A program made the translations under genes and the position numbers. The notes beneath the pieces are model-generated. The model was given only the letters and a program-made list of their open reading frames with translations, made no database searches and had not been told where the DNA came from. From assembly GCA_000320545.1 (NCBI GenBank), contig ADNK01000533.1:1-64000 (forward strand): a stretch of 64,000 bases of DNA. Direction: 5' to 3'. This stretch comes from Bigelowiella natans CCMP2755. Taxonomy: Eukaryota > Protista > Cercozoa. This document shows, piece by piece, positions 28,101-39,732 of this stretch. How positions within the stretch are numbered: position 1 is the first letter of the stretch; the number at the start of each line of letters is the position of its first letter.

Positions 28101-29190
28101 CCACCCATACATCATGCGGCGCGAGACGCGTCGCTTCAAGAAGGGCACCACGCTCAAGATCAGGATCGAAGCGCCGCACTACCTGGAGAAGGACAGAGAT
28201 ACCATCCTCATCGCCTATTGGGAGGACAGGTCTAGATCGTCGCCGTGGTCGCTCTACCGCGCCGTGCCTCTACCGTTAGCAGGCAAGGGTAAGCTGGTGA
28301 AGGAGTGCGAGGTCGAGGTTACGCTCCCCAACAAGCCGCAGCCAATGGTTCTCTTCCACAGCAACTGCTGCCACCGAGCAGTAGACCTGATGAAGAAGGT
28401 GCTGGCCTGGGACAGCGAGTACATCGGGTTCGGCCTCGCGCATCTGCGCTACTTCGCGGTGTGCGACGACTATGCGGCGAAGCGGAAGCTGGAGCAGGCG
28501 GTGGAGAAACGGCGGTTGGAGAAGGAAGCGGCTAAGGAGAAAAGGCAACAGGAAATGCAGAGGAGGAAAGAAGATCGTAAGAGAGCGCGCGAGGAACGGA
28601 AGAGAATCACCTCGGTAATCCATGCGCGGATCAAGGCCGGAGAGAAACCGCCACCGGGAGGGTGGGCGTCGCTAATGAAGACGCCGCAAACTGCTCAGAA
28701 AGCTGTTGTTTCGGAGAAAAGTAAAAGCGATGCTAGCAGTACTGTTGATGACACCCAGAGTAAGCAAGGCACGGCGGAGTCTGAAACAGCACTAAGTCCA
28801 GCAGCCGCCGTCGATGCCGTGTACATGAAGGGCGTCGCGGAGCTCTCAGCAAAGGGATTGGAAATCGAAACAGAAATGGATGAAATTATCATGGCCCTTG
28901 CCGATCCCGGACTCGACGCGCCGCGGCTTGCGGAGCTCAAGACGCGTTCGAGAGAGATCCAAACGACTTCCTTCCAAAAGATGGGAGCAATCTTCCAGAA
29001 CACAATGAAGTCCGCTGCCGACATCTACAAGAAGCATCTTCATGGGGTGGACAAGGATACACGCAAAACCGTGATAGCGGCGTACAGCTCAGGTGCAAAA
29101 GAAGCAGGTGCAGAGTACCGAGACATCGTACAAAAAATCCAGCCCAAACTGCAACAGATGGCGATGGCTGCGGCAACAAAGCAGATATGA
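16228..29190 (+). CDS. Giant multidomain protein: coiled coil, 2x SPRY-like, acidic linker, Clu domain, CLU-central/helical, RCC1 repeats, coiled coil
   Basis: SPRY motifs GRFYYAVEL, FGWV...GVGDYDDSW, GDIVGCGID, IEFFHNG, GQYYYEI and VTIGSLID; Clu motifs GGEKY, VDYLGHRLICSSLLP, LVYGSDDQG, DIEVHRGQDGRLYLLDTARVFP and MLRPELV; RCC1 motifs FTFGEGRHGQLGHG and ISCGVDFT. The single-gene model is inferred from exon continuity. Confidence 0.75.
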
Positions 29191-29402
29191 GAAGAATATG
29201 CTGCACAATACCTAGAATCATTTTAATACGGCGACTGGGCGACTGGGTAGTATACCGTGAGATGCTGCTAGCATCGATATAACATCTCACAGACACGACC
29301 TATATGATGCGTGGCTTTGCAACTGAGCTCGAGCTTGCGGTCATTTATAGTATCAGGCGAATCTGACGCAGTATAGCAGAACGCACCCTATTTCATGCTA
29401 AA

Positions 29403-29460
29403 TATGAGACAGATGTAATGAATGTTTAAATTCTTTCAATTGTCATCCTAATATAGCTAT
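29403..29460 (-). mobile_element. 3' end of LINE-like family (copy C)
   Basis: Reverse complement agctatattaggatgacaattgaaagaatttaaacattcattacatctgtctcata closely matches 13891-13947. Confidence 0.8.
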
Positions 29461-30299
29461 CTAAATACGCATATGTAATATTTAACAAGGATGCTGTGAC
29501 TGTTGATATATAATGTTAACAGCATGACTGTATTTTCTCTAATACACGACGCTTTATTTTATACTACAGGAGTATGTGCAACACGTACAATTACTATTGC
29601 ATTGCAGCAGATACATGCATGTGCACACAGATATAATAACTCATACGCAATGGGCGAATTTACATTCCTCTGCTAATAATCAATATGCGTCATCCCAAAA
29701 AAATCAGCGAAGCAAAGCGAGCACAGGACGTTGGTCTAGTACAGAGACATAGTAATAAAGTAGTACTTTGTCTCTATGTGTGTGCACCCTGCTTAACAAC
29801 ATCTCAACTTTCATGTGTTTTGTTCAACATGTACGTGTGCCAATTGCTCCATGTGAAGCATGCTGCACACATGTACCAATGTGGTCACTTGTTCTTTGCA
29901 TGCATGAGCATCATGTGCACACATTTTGCTGCATGCTTGCGCCATATCGAAGAACACTAGGCCATGTTGCACATGTGTACGTGCTAGCGATGATATTATT
30001 GCATGCGAATTGCTGGCTAAGCTAGCTAAGCTAGCTACGCTGCAAATATAGCAGGCATGCGTACGTGCGTAGTTGGTGCATGCTAGCGTGTTTGAGATGT
30101 GAATGTACATGTGGCCCTGGAGAGGATGCACATACACAGAGAGACACAGCAACATATGGATAACTTTGTCAGGCATATCTAGATACAGTACTTTGTCTCT
30201 ATATATGTGCTAGAAGTATTTGCGTACAACAGAGCAGGTAATGCATATACACAACTTAAGCATGCCGCTCTACTAGCGCTGAGCGTGCTGGTTTATGCA

Positions 30300-30496
30300 T
30301 TACAGATTGCAGCAGAGCAAGAGATCGTCAAGCATGTGCGCGAAACAGATGCGAGAGGATGATTTCACATGCATGAAACGCCTGACAATGGAAACAAACA
30401 GACAGACACAACATAAGCGCTGTAGCAGCTGCATTGCACAGCTACAATAGGATGGCCATTGAAAAGATTTAATCAATTCATTACATTCATCTCATA
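30300..30496 (+). mobile_element. Decayed 3' fragment of LINE-like family (copy D)
   Basis: ggatgatttcacatgcatg...gaaacaaacaga...taagcgctgtagcagctgcattgcacagctacaataggatggccattgaaa...ttcattacattcatctcata aligns with ~13810-13947. Confidence 0.85.
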
Positions 30497-31092
30497 CGCA
30501 TCTTACAAACAAAGGATATGGAATATAGTGCCAAGACTTGGTGTAAGCGATATTCAATACAAAATAATCTGCAAAAATATTTAGACAGTATCGAACGCGC
30601 GTACGATGAAAATTCTGCCGTACAGCGGGTGCAAGCACGAGCAAATGTACTCTGTGCTTCCTGTGCTTATTTTATACACAATAGCTATTCGTTATCATTT
30701 TTACAACACGTGGGAACTATGTGTCTGTGTGCGCCCACGACCTTATAATATATATGTATCTTGACTGATTGCTGTAGCCCACCATAACAATGTCAAGACG
30801 TTTTTCCTCGACTTCTGCTACCGCCACTCCCCAAGAGCATTCGAGAAAGAATACAGTAGTCAATTATAGAAAGGTGCTTGGCCGGCCTGGGGAAGGCTGT
30901 ACTGAAATTCCCGAGATATTTCCCAAAAAATTTGAAGATTATATAGGATAGTGTCGCATGCTTCGATATGCGTGCACCACCGGAAGAGAGAAATGTGTGG
31001 AAGTACGAATCGGAGCTGCATTTCGAATGCTTTCGTCGCTAGCATTGAGGCAAAGTTGCGCGTTATTGTATCATATCCATCGCTCTGCCACG

Positions 31093-31989
31093 CTATGACG
31101 GTCGTTGCATCAAGCACGCATTCTTGCAATCGATGAGCAGATCCAAATCTGCAATCGCATCGTGTCCTATGATGGCATCGTCTTCGCACTCCGGGTCATC
31201 CCCCTCGTATGCCTCGTCGGGGACAGCGCACAGCAGCACCTCAGCTTCCTTTCCCATGCACGAGATGAGCGCCCTGTACGATTTCGTCTTCAATGTTCCT
31301 GCCGCAGTCTCATACTAACACGGAGAGAGGCAAAGACACATAGATTAGAGCAATTCGATGGATGGAGTAATAATGTAAAAACCATTAATCGTCTTCACCT
31401 CCTCCTCCTCATCAAAGACAGGAAGGTCTAATTTCCTCACGAGTGCCGCACGCAAGTCACAGTCTGTGCCTCCAGTGTCCACAAGTCCCCTCACCATTAC
31501 CCTTTTTGATGAATTCGTGGGATTTATGAACTCGACATCCGCGTAGGTGTGAGTCTCTTCATAATCCTCCTCATCATAATCTTCCTCTTCGTCGCCATCT
31601 ACCTCCTCCTCTTCATATTCGGGTTCATCCTGCTCTCCAGCAGGGGTCTTCTCGGTGTCCTCGTCTTGCTTCTCTCCTCCTTCTCTCTCTCCCGGTGCAG
31701 AACCAGCTGGCACCTCCCCCCCTCGCAATCGTCGGATCGAGCTTCCGCCTAACCCTGGAAATCGCCGTGCACCCGCCGATGATCTACTAAGAAAGAGTGC
31801 TGCAATAGCTGGCCTAGTCCTCGAAGGATTATGCATGAACCTCCTCACAGGATAGCGCATGTTGGCGGCGAGTTTAGTAGTAGCAGCGCCACCACACCGC
31901 ATCGTCGTCGAGCTTATAGGTACAGTAGCCAACGAGACCACGGCGGCGACGAGCCCCATGCGCGCCATTGAGCTGACAGTTGCAGACAT
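31093..31989 (-). CDS. Clan AA (retropepsin-like) single-domain aspartic protease with a bipartite leader, 2 exons
   Basis: Catalytic GLVDTGG, flap YETAAG and DAIIGHDAIADLDL (hhG motif); hydrophobic N-terminus followed by an R/S/A-rich segment, RLRGG and an acidic tract. Confidence 0.85.
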
Positions 31990-33008
31990 CGTGGTTGTGC
32001 TAATGCTGTTGAAAATAATAGGAGAACAGGAGGCATGGAACAGCGGTAGGGAACGATGAGTGCTGATGAAAATTAGGTTGAGTGCCATCCATTCACCATT
32101 CTCACATCCAATATCACACCTATCGCCACCATAGCTGTCATCTTCGTAATTATTCCCTGCCCCATCCTCGTCCCCACCCATCCCACCCTCTCCCCCCCCT
32201 GATCGCCACTGTCAAGATCCTCACGCCGAACCAACCGTTGTGTGTTCTGTCCTTCTGCTTCTTCTCACGGCTGTGTGTGAGAGCTTGCCGTTCCGAAGAT
32301 GATCCGATTAAGACCCTATTTCACCCGGCGAATATCCAAAAATATCTTGGCCTTCCCTATTCTATCATCTTACGCGCAATTTCCATGTCGCGCGTATTCG
32401 ATTCAGACAAATTCGCACAGTCTTTTCCTTGATTCCAAGCGACTTTTTAAAAAAATTTCCGATGTGGCCAGCTGTTCCTGCTTCCGCTGCCAGTGGTTCG
32501 GGGATTTTGACTTCGGCTCAGAATTCTCCCTCCGCACCCCAAATGCGCTGCGTTTTTTTGCTTATGTGTCTAGGAAATATTGTCGCAATAAAAAACCTCA
32601 GTAGCAGCGAGCTCAGAAAAAGGTTTGAGCATCACACTTAACCAGCCAAGCACAACGTCCCACCGCCCCCCTGGAACACCACAAGAGGTGAGCAAGCATG
32701 CCAATCGAATTACGTCTTTCCAACCAACATCCAGCCCAGAGGGTGATTTGTTTTTCTTCGGTGGAACGTCATTCGTTCGGTTTGATCTTGGCGTTTGGGG
32801 GTGATTAGATCTTTATGGATACTTCCGAGTCTCGGAGGATAGATAGATGACGACTCGGCGAGGGAGACAGCTCTCGCTTATCGTCGCGAAAGCGCTAACG
32901 CTTTCTGTATTTGAATTTGAATGACCGTAGCATTTTGACTCGTCGGTTACCTCGTGATATAACCCACTACCGTCGTGATCAACAATCAGGTCCAAGAATT
33001 ATTGAAAG

Positions 33009-34311
33009 ATGGGCTTCGGAAACAAGAAGAATGTGCCTTTCCACTCAAAGGTAGCAGCGGGCGGCGTATCAGGTGTGATGGAGCTTTGTTTTTTCCATCC
33101 GGTTGATACTGTGGCGAAGCGCCTGATGACTAACCGGGGAGGGGCCTCGCTTAGCACAGTGGCCTTCGGTGCAGGGCTGGCAGACGCGCCCGTTGTTACC
33201 AAATGGATGTCTCTTTACCCTGGGTTCCAGTTTGCGACCGCATACAAAATCATGCAGAGGACATATAAATTCAGTATGCAGCCAGTCGCGTTCGAATTCC
33301 TGCAGAAAAGGCTCGACCAGCCGAAGGTATCCTCTTTTGTATGCCGGTTGGCAGCTTCGCCGGTGCTGCGGAACAGGCACCTTAGCACAGCCTGATAGTC
33401 AAAAAAATCCAGAATGCGCGTAGTAGTTCACAGCCTGATAGTCAAAAAAATCCAGAATGCGCGTTGTAGTTCACATCCTATTGTATTATTTTTGGTTGGT
33501 GGAAAGGTCCTCACTCAAGCACTTGCCGGTGCATGTGTCGGGGCTGGGGAGGTAGTTCTCCTCCCATTTGACGTGCTGAAGATCCGTTCCCAAACGAACC
33601 CCGAATCTGTAAAAGGTACCAAACGTGTAAAATCCCCTCCCCTCCCCGCCCCCCTTAAACGCGGATCAGTTCTATGAAAAATAAGAGTTGAGATGCCGCT
33701 GTGGTGGTGGTGATGGTGGTGGTAGTTCTCAGCAGCAGCGCGCTGAGATGATCCACTTTCGTGCGATAAGTGATGCGCCTATGTGAGGTTAACAATTCGC
33801 TTGTCGCGGGGATGTACTGACGATGGCTTCTCTCTACCTTCCTCCTGTCACACACGCGCCACCGCGCTCATTAGGAAGGGGAATGCTCCAGATACTGGTG
33901 AACGAGAACTTGACTCTCTACAGAGGCTGGAACTGGACTATCGCGCGGAACGTTCCTGGATCGTTCGCCTTGTTCGGGGGAAACTCTCTCGCCAAGGCTA
34001 TGCTGGGCTTAGACCCTTCCATGTCGGGACAAGCAACGGTGGCTCAGAACGCCTTCGCGTCCATCGCCGGCGCGACCTGCAGCATTACTGTCGCGGCGCC
34101 GATGGATGTAATCAAGACACGAATTCAGCAGAACTCGATGAAGGAGATATCAGGCGTGAAGCTTGTTACTGATCTTGTGCGCGAGGAGGGTTTCTCAGCA
34201 TTCTTCAAGGGGTTAGGGCCTAAGATTTTAGTCGTTGGACCAAAGCTCGTGTTTTCAATGACCATTGCGCAGAGCGTTCTCTCCTGGTTCGCACGGAGAC
34301 AGGAGGCGTAA
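33009..34311 (+). CDS. GGC1: Mitochondrial GTP/GDP carrier, 3 coding exons
   Basis: FHPVDTVAKRLM, YKIMQRTYKF, LLPFDVLKIRSQTNPES, LYRGWNWTIARNVPGSFALFGGN and GPKLVFS closely match yeast Ggc1 motifs. Confidence 0.93.
33386..33475. repeat. 43-bp tandem duplication in a GGC1 intron
   Basis: cacagcctgatagtcaaaaaaatccagaatgcgcgt(a/t)gtagtt occurs twice with one mismatch. Confidence 0.95.
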
Positions 34312-35121
34312 TTCTTCGCCTCAGCTGTGTAGCCGTTCCAGCTGTGGTGGCTTTCATCTTCGTTAATTGCATCTTCTCTGTGATTTAATACTCACAATAA
34401 TGTAGATGTTTATTTCGCGCATACACGCTCTACACATGCGGCGTGCGAATAACTGTCTGTACTTAGGTTTGGCATAGGCAGTCATTCCAGTACGCACATC
34501 TAAACATGCAGTAGCGTAGCTATTTTACACTTTTTGCAAGTTATGTCCCAACATATGATGGCCACACCATTCTGTACGACTTAGATAATTGTTTAGTAGC
34601 TTTTTGCTTTGCTATATGTGTGCTATACGCTACGATGGCCTACACATCAGCACTAATAAGCGCATGAAGTCATTTCAAACAAAGGCTAGTCACTCCGATA
34701 CTGCTGTACGTGCGTTCATTAATTTACGGACGCTACTATTGCTGATCCACGTGACAGTGCATTTTTGATGTATGTGCGTTTCATTTGTTTTTCTAGAATG
34801 TGGTTCATGCATAGCTACGATTCATGTTTTGGACTGCTAGCTACAAGTGCACGTAGCGTGTACATCGATGCAATGTGCACAATGATTGGCTATGCACGCT
34901 TTGACATGCTATATGAAGATTCACCAGCACTATAATGTGCAAGCTGCGGGTACGTAGCGCTTTCATTCTGCCCTTGTTAGCTTCCAATTATGTCATTTAT
35001 ATATTTGTAAGCGCATTCCCTAATTTTGCTACGCAATCTGCCACACGCTCGAGTGTATACGTGTCTTTTTCTCTTGAGCAATTAATATTATGTATGTGTG
35101 TTACATATACATATATATAAA

Positions 35122-35180
35122 TATATATATACGCTATGCTACGACTAAGTTATATATATACGCTATGCTACGACTAAGTT
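35122..35180. repeat. ~29-bp tandem duplication
   Basis: tatatatatacgctatgctacgactaagt occurs twice; a related tgctacgacttaag lies near 35331. Confidence 0.85.
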
Positions 35181-35381
35181 GAGCAGCAACACCATGAACA
35201 GCCCATCCCCATAATGTTATATGCATGATATACTCACTATTAGACTTTTTATCAGATGATATATGTCTTACATATCTACATAACAAAACAGGAATCATGC
35301 ATGCACCTAATGACATGTCTGAGCAAGCGATGCTACGACTTAAGCCCAGCATTAGGGTAAAATTATAATCATATAACGCTA

Positions 35382-37331
35382 TCATTCTTTAATTTTGTCT
35401 ATCTTCCTATCATTTCCCTCATTATTTCTTTTCCGAATCGCCTTCCTGGCGCGGGCGAGCCATTGCGCCCCTATTTGTTTGCAGGCCATCCAAACCCAAA
35501 GTTTGAGTTTGGGCGCTTTCGCAAGGTTTTTCGATTTTGCCTACCAAATCATAGAGATATGTGTGTGTGCTTCACTCGCATGCGGAGATAGAAATGCGTG
35601 TGTAAGACGGACACAAGCGGTGCAACTATGTATGTGCAATATCTAGAGCGCGCTTGCACTACTTTCGCATCAGAGCCGAATTCTTGTTCCAGAAGCCTAG
35701 CCTCCTCTTCCGAAAAATTAGCGAGTACGGACCTGCAAACGGATCGATTGGATGTGAGGTGACGGGCCATAACAAGTGGCTAGTGGTGGATGAGTGATGA
35801 AGTTGAATTCCCAGCCCAAAAGCAACCATAGAAATAATGATACGTCCATTCACATTTTTGTGTATGTTATATTATTTTTTTGAAAGCAAAAAGATAGGTT
35901 ATCTGGGGTTTGGGGAAGGGAAATAGTGGATGGTATCCTACTTGGAGATAATCCGAAGGGTGGCCTCATAGTGACACACCCAAACAAGATCGTCCTGGAT
36001 GGTAGTGGGAGAGAAGGGAGGGCAACCAAGGGCGAAATCAAACGATCAAACCATAAGCAGGGGAGAGGAAGTGGGATGGAACATCAATAAGTGTCATCAC
36101 ATAAACGTAAATGTGGGTTAGTTGCAATTAGCTGCTGGCAAATTAGGAGGAGCGGTCGATAGTGCATACCTTTTCGTCGAGAGTGACCTCTAATGGTGAG
36201 ATTATTCTGCATTCAGAGAGGAAACGGGGAGGGGGAAGGAATTGCTCATTAGCTCGAACATGACATGACAGTAACAATAATCTTCTAGCTGATATGACAT
36301 TCTTCCCCCATTCTTCCTCCCCCCCCTTCCACTCTCTGCTCCTTTTCCCTTCCAGTCCTTATCCGAAACATTCCTCCAATCGGAGCCATGATAAGACCGA
36401 CAACAGCAACAATGATTTCATAATAACAGAAGTGTCATAGTAAATATAGCATTCCCGGCAAACCTATCACCTCGAATTCTTTTTTGAAGAAGCGGCCTTA
36501 TACTCTTTGTATTCACGGGCCCGCACTTGGAAAACACAGAGCGGCAGATTGGACTTGAGGTGCGCCATCACAATGAGAGCCTTAAACACATTGTCGTTCT
36601 TCCCGTCGCCGCCGCCCTTGTTTCTCAACGCGTCCGTGCTGACCCCTATGGGCTGCCCGACGCTTGAAAGGAGGTGTATCACATCCGTCGCCGGTAGGAA
36701 CCCGGTGCCTTGCGGATCAAAGGCGCTCCAGATGTCCCGCCACTCGTGGAGGGACTCCAATGAGCTCTCGCTGTCCTGCGTCGCGGTACTGAAGCTTTCC
36801 AGAATCACGGCGATGAACAAGTTGACCTGTAGTGTGGAGAGAGGAATGGAAAGAGAATCGAAACAACCGTTGGCGGTCGAGGCATTTCCCATCGCTGCAC
36901 GCGCGCTTTGCATATACGACTTTGTGTGAAGATATGTACTCATATTATGACCCTCCCGCTGAACGCCCATTTATTAGGATGGTGCCCGTGCTCTTACCAT
37001 AACGAGCGCGACGAAAATCATGAAGGAGATGGTGTAGACCGGCGACCACGGATAGCCACAGTTGCCTTCGGAGTCGGAACACTGGCCACTGGATTCATCG
37101 AGCGAGAGCCCCGTTTGAATCTCTTCCCAGGAATCGCCCGTCGCTAGCCGCCATAGCGTGAGGATGGAGCTGGGGAAGCTGGAGAAGTTCTCATACTGAG
37201 ACAGCCCTGCAGCAGCAGCAGCAGCAGTCATAGGAACGGAGCAAACCGACAGCAGAAGGAAGGAATGAAGGAAGGGAGAATGCTACGTCAGAGATGATAC
37301 ATAGAGCTCTGCACTCCTCAGCCATGCAGAA

Positions 37332-37369
<38 letters not shown>

Positions 37370-39687
37370 CGCTCGCTCGCGCGACGTATGCACCTGGGTC
37401 CGCCCACGCGATCTTTCCGAAGAGGTTGACGCCCAAGATCGCATATATGTAGAAGATGATGAAGATCAGCGAGCCGACATTTATCAGCGAGGAACTCGAC
37501 TGCAGGAGCGTATCGAAGAGGCTGCGCAGCGCCTTCACTCTTGCCACCACGCGGAAAAGCCGCGCTAGCCGAAACAGCCGGAGCGCGCTCAATCCACCCC
37601 CATCTGCGAGACCGTAGGAGCCGAGCGAGATCAACACCACAACGAAGTCGAAAATGTTCCATCCGCTGCTAAAGTACATCCTACAGCCCTGCTCGCCGTA
37701 TCAAGAGAGGGGGAGAGAGAAGGAGCGGGAGGGGGCCGGGGAGAGTGAAAGGGAGAGGGAAAGAAGGAATAGATTAAGAAATAAGTGGCAAATCTTGAAA
37801 GCAGCCGCTGTGCGATGTTGGATGTGTGCATTGCCCATGGTGTAATATGGGCTGAGACGAAAGCAACTTGGTGGTTAGTGATTAACATTCTAGGTCTGTG
37901 AGGGGAGGGGGGGTTGGAGGGGAGATCGAACTGCTACAATTGCTTTGAGAGCATATCTACACGTCCCTATCCTTAATCATCACTTGCGCACGGCACAACA
38001 CATATGAGAACCAACCCAGGCGGAAAGTTTGATGACAACTTCGAGGGAGAAGATGACGTTGAAGAAGATGTTCGACATGAACACGAACACTGATAGCCTG
38101 GGATATGCAGATGACATTCGTATAAATATGCAAATCTTGAACGTAGAGAACAAGCTGCTGATGCGAAATGCCCATCATCATCAACAGCAGCACGCACAAA
38201 CACACGCATAAACACATATACGGGCTTCGATGACCACCAAGAAAGATCTACGGCTGCCACCGGAGCATGGCAACGGCTACGACTAAGGAGAAGCACTCAA
38301 AAAGACACTTTTTGGAAAAAATAACCCACTCCTGCGGCTCCTGATAATGCTGGGAGGCGGTGATGAGCGCATTCAGGCCAATGCAGGTCAGAATGAAGGA
38401 CTCGAACATGAACTCAGGGTTGTTTGGCTGCCCAACGAGCCGATAGAAATACTTGCAGAGATAGCCGTGGTTCAATGGGGACGTGTTCTTCGGGAGGCGA
38501 GTCCTGGACGCCAGCTTACTGTCCCTCTTCATTCGCCGCTGTGTCGGTAGAAAATTACTCGTCAGTTGTAGTAGTGATAGTAGTAGTAGTAGTAGTAGTA
38601 GTAGTAGCAGCAGTAATGAGCATGCACATGACACAAACAGCAGCATATCGCTGCAACCGCCGAGTATTTGGAACGGATAGAAAAGCTTCTTTCGCTGCTC
38701 TACGGACCATGTTGGCCATGTAAGAGAGCAGCAAGAAAGTAACGATTGTGTTTGTCTCCCCCTAAGCTATGCAAAAAGTTGTTGTTCATGCTGCTATTTC
38801 CCCTCATTTTCTTCTCGATGAAGCTCCACCTGTTCCTCCGTGAGGAATGCCGAGCCGTTGAACTGCTGGTGTAACTTATTGAACTTATCGATGAGGACGG
38901 CCACGAATAAGTTCATCGCAAACATGGAGGACAAGAAGATGAAGATGATGTAGAACAGGCCCCAGGCGGGCGCATGATTCCGGGAAGGCTGCATCTCGAC
39001 GCCAACCTTTGTACGCACACGTGCAAGTCTCACATTCAGGATTTGTTCCACCAACATTTCTACTTGTACGGTGGCCAGGTCTCGCAATCACATACGCGTG
39101 TTCTTAGATATATTGATGTATTGGTGGTAGTAGTAGTAGTAGTAGTACCGCATCTATGCTCGCATACATAATCACGTTCCAGTTGGATGTCGTTGCCACG
39201 CGGAAGAGCGTCAGAAACGCCTCGTACATGTTGTCGAAGTTGAAACTGTTACACACATCATTGCAAAAACACAAAAATTACAAAACACAGCCGTTTGAGC
39301 GGTGCGGCGAACAAACGGATGGCTCATCATATGTCATCTCCAAGCATCAACACCGTCCCCGTGAGACGACGGCACGTACTCGGCATTTTTCCACTGGCCG
39401 CCGCGCGACAGGCATTCCGCCTTGTCCCTGACGTCAGGAATGGTGCAGGAGAAGAATTTCCCCTTGAACTCGTCCACGCATAGAATAGCGAATACCACGA
39501 ACAGCACTACAAGAAACAGGGCGATGTTGGCAACAGAAGGCATGGCTTCAGCCGTCGAGAGCAAGACCACCCTCGTGTTCCGCATTCGAACCTAGGAGAT
39601 GGGAAGGATGAGGGCGAGAAGAGAATCTATCGATGGAAGCGATCGCGCACAGCCTACCCATCTTCCTGATGATCATGCTGTATGTGG

Positions 39688-39732
<45 letters not shown>

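Noticed and set aside
24019-29296. Long antisense ORFs over the Clu exon
   Set aside because: Expected shadows of GC-rich coding sequence, with no motifs
31306-31313. gtctcata matching the LINE terminus
   Set aside because: Only 8 nt, and it encodes YET at the start of protease exon 2
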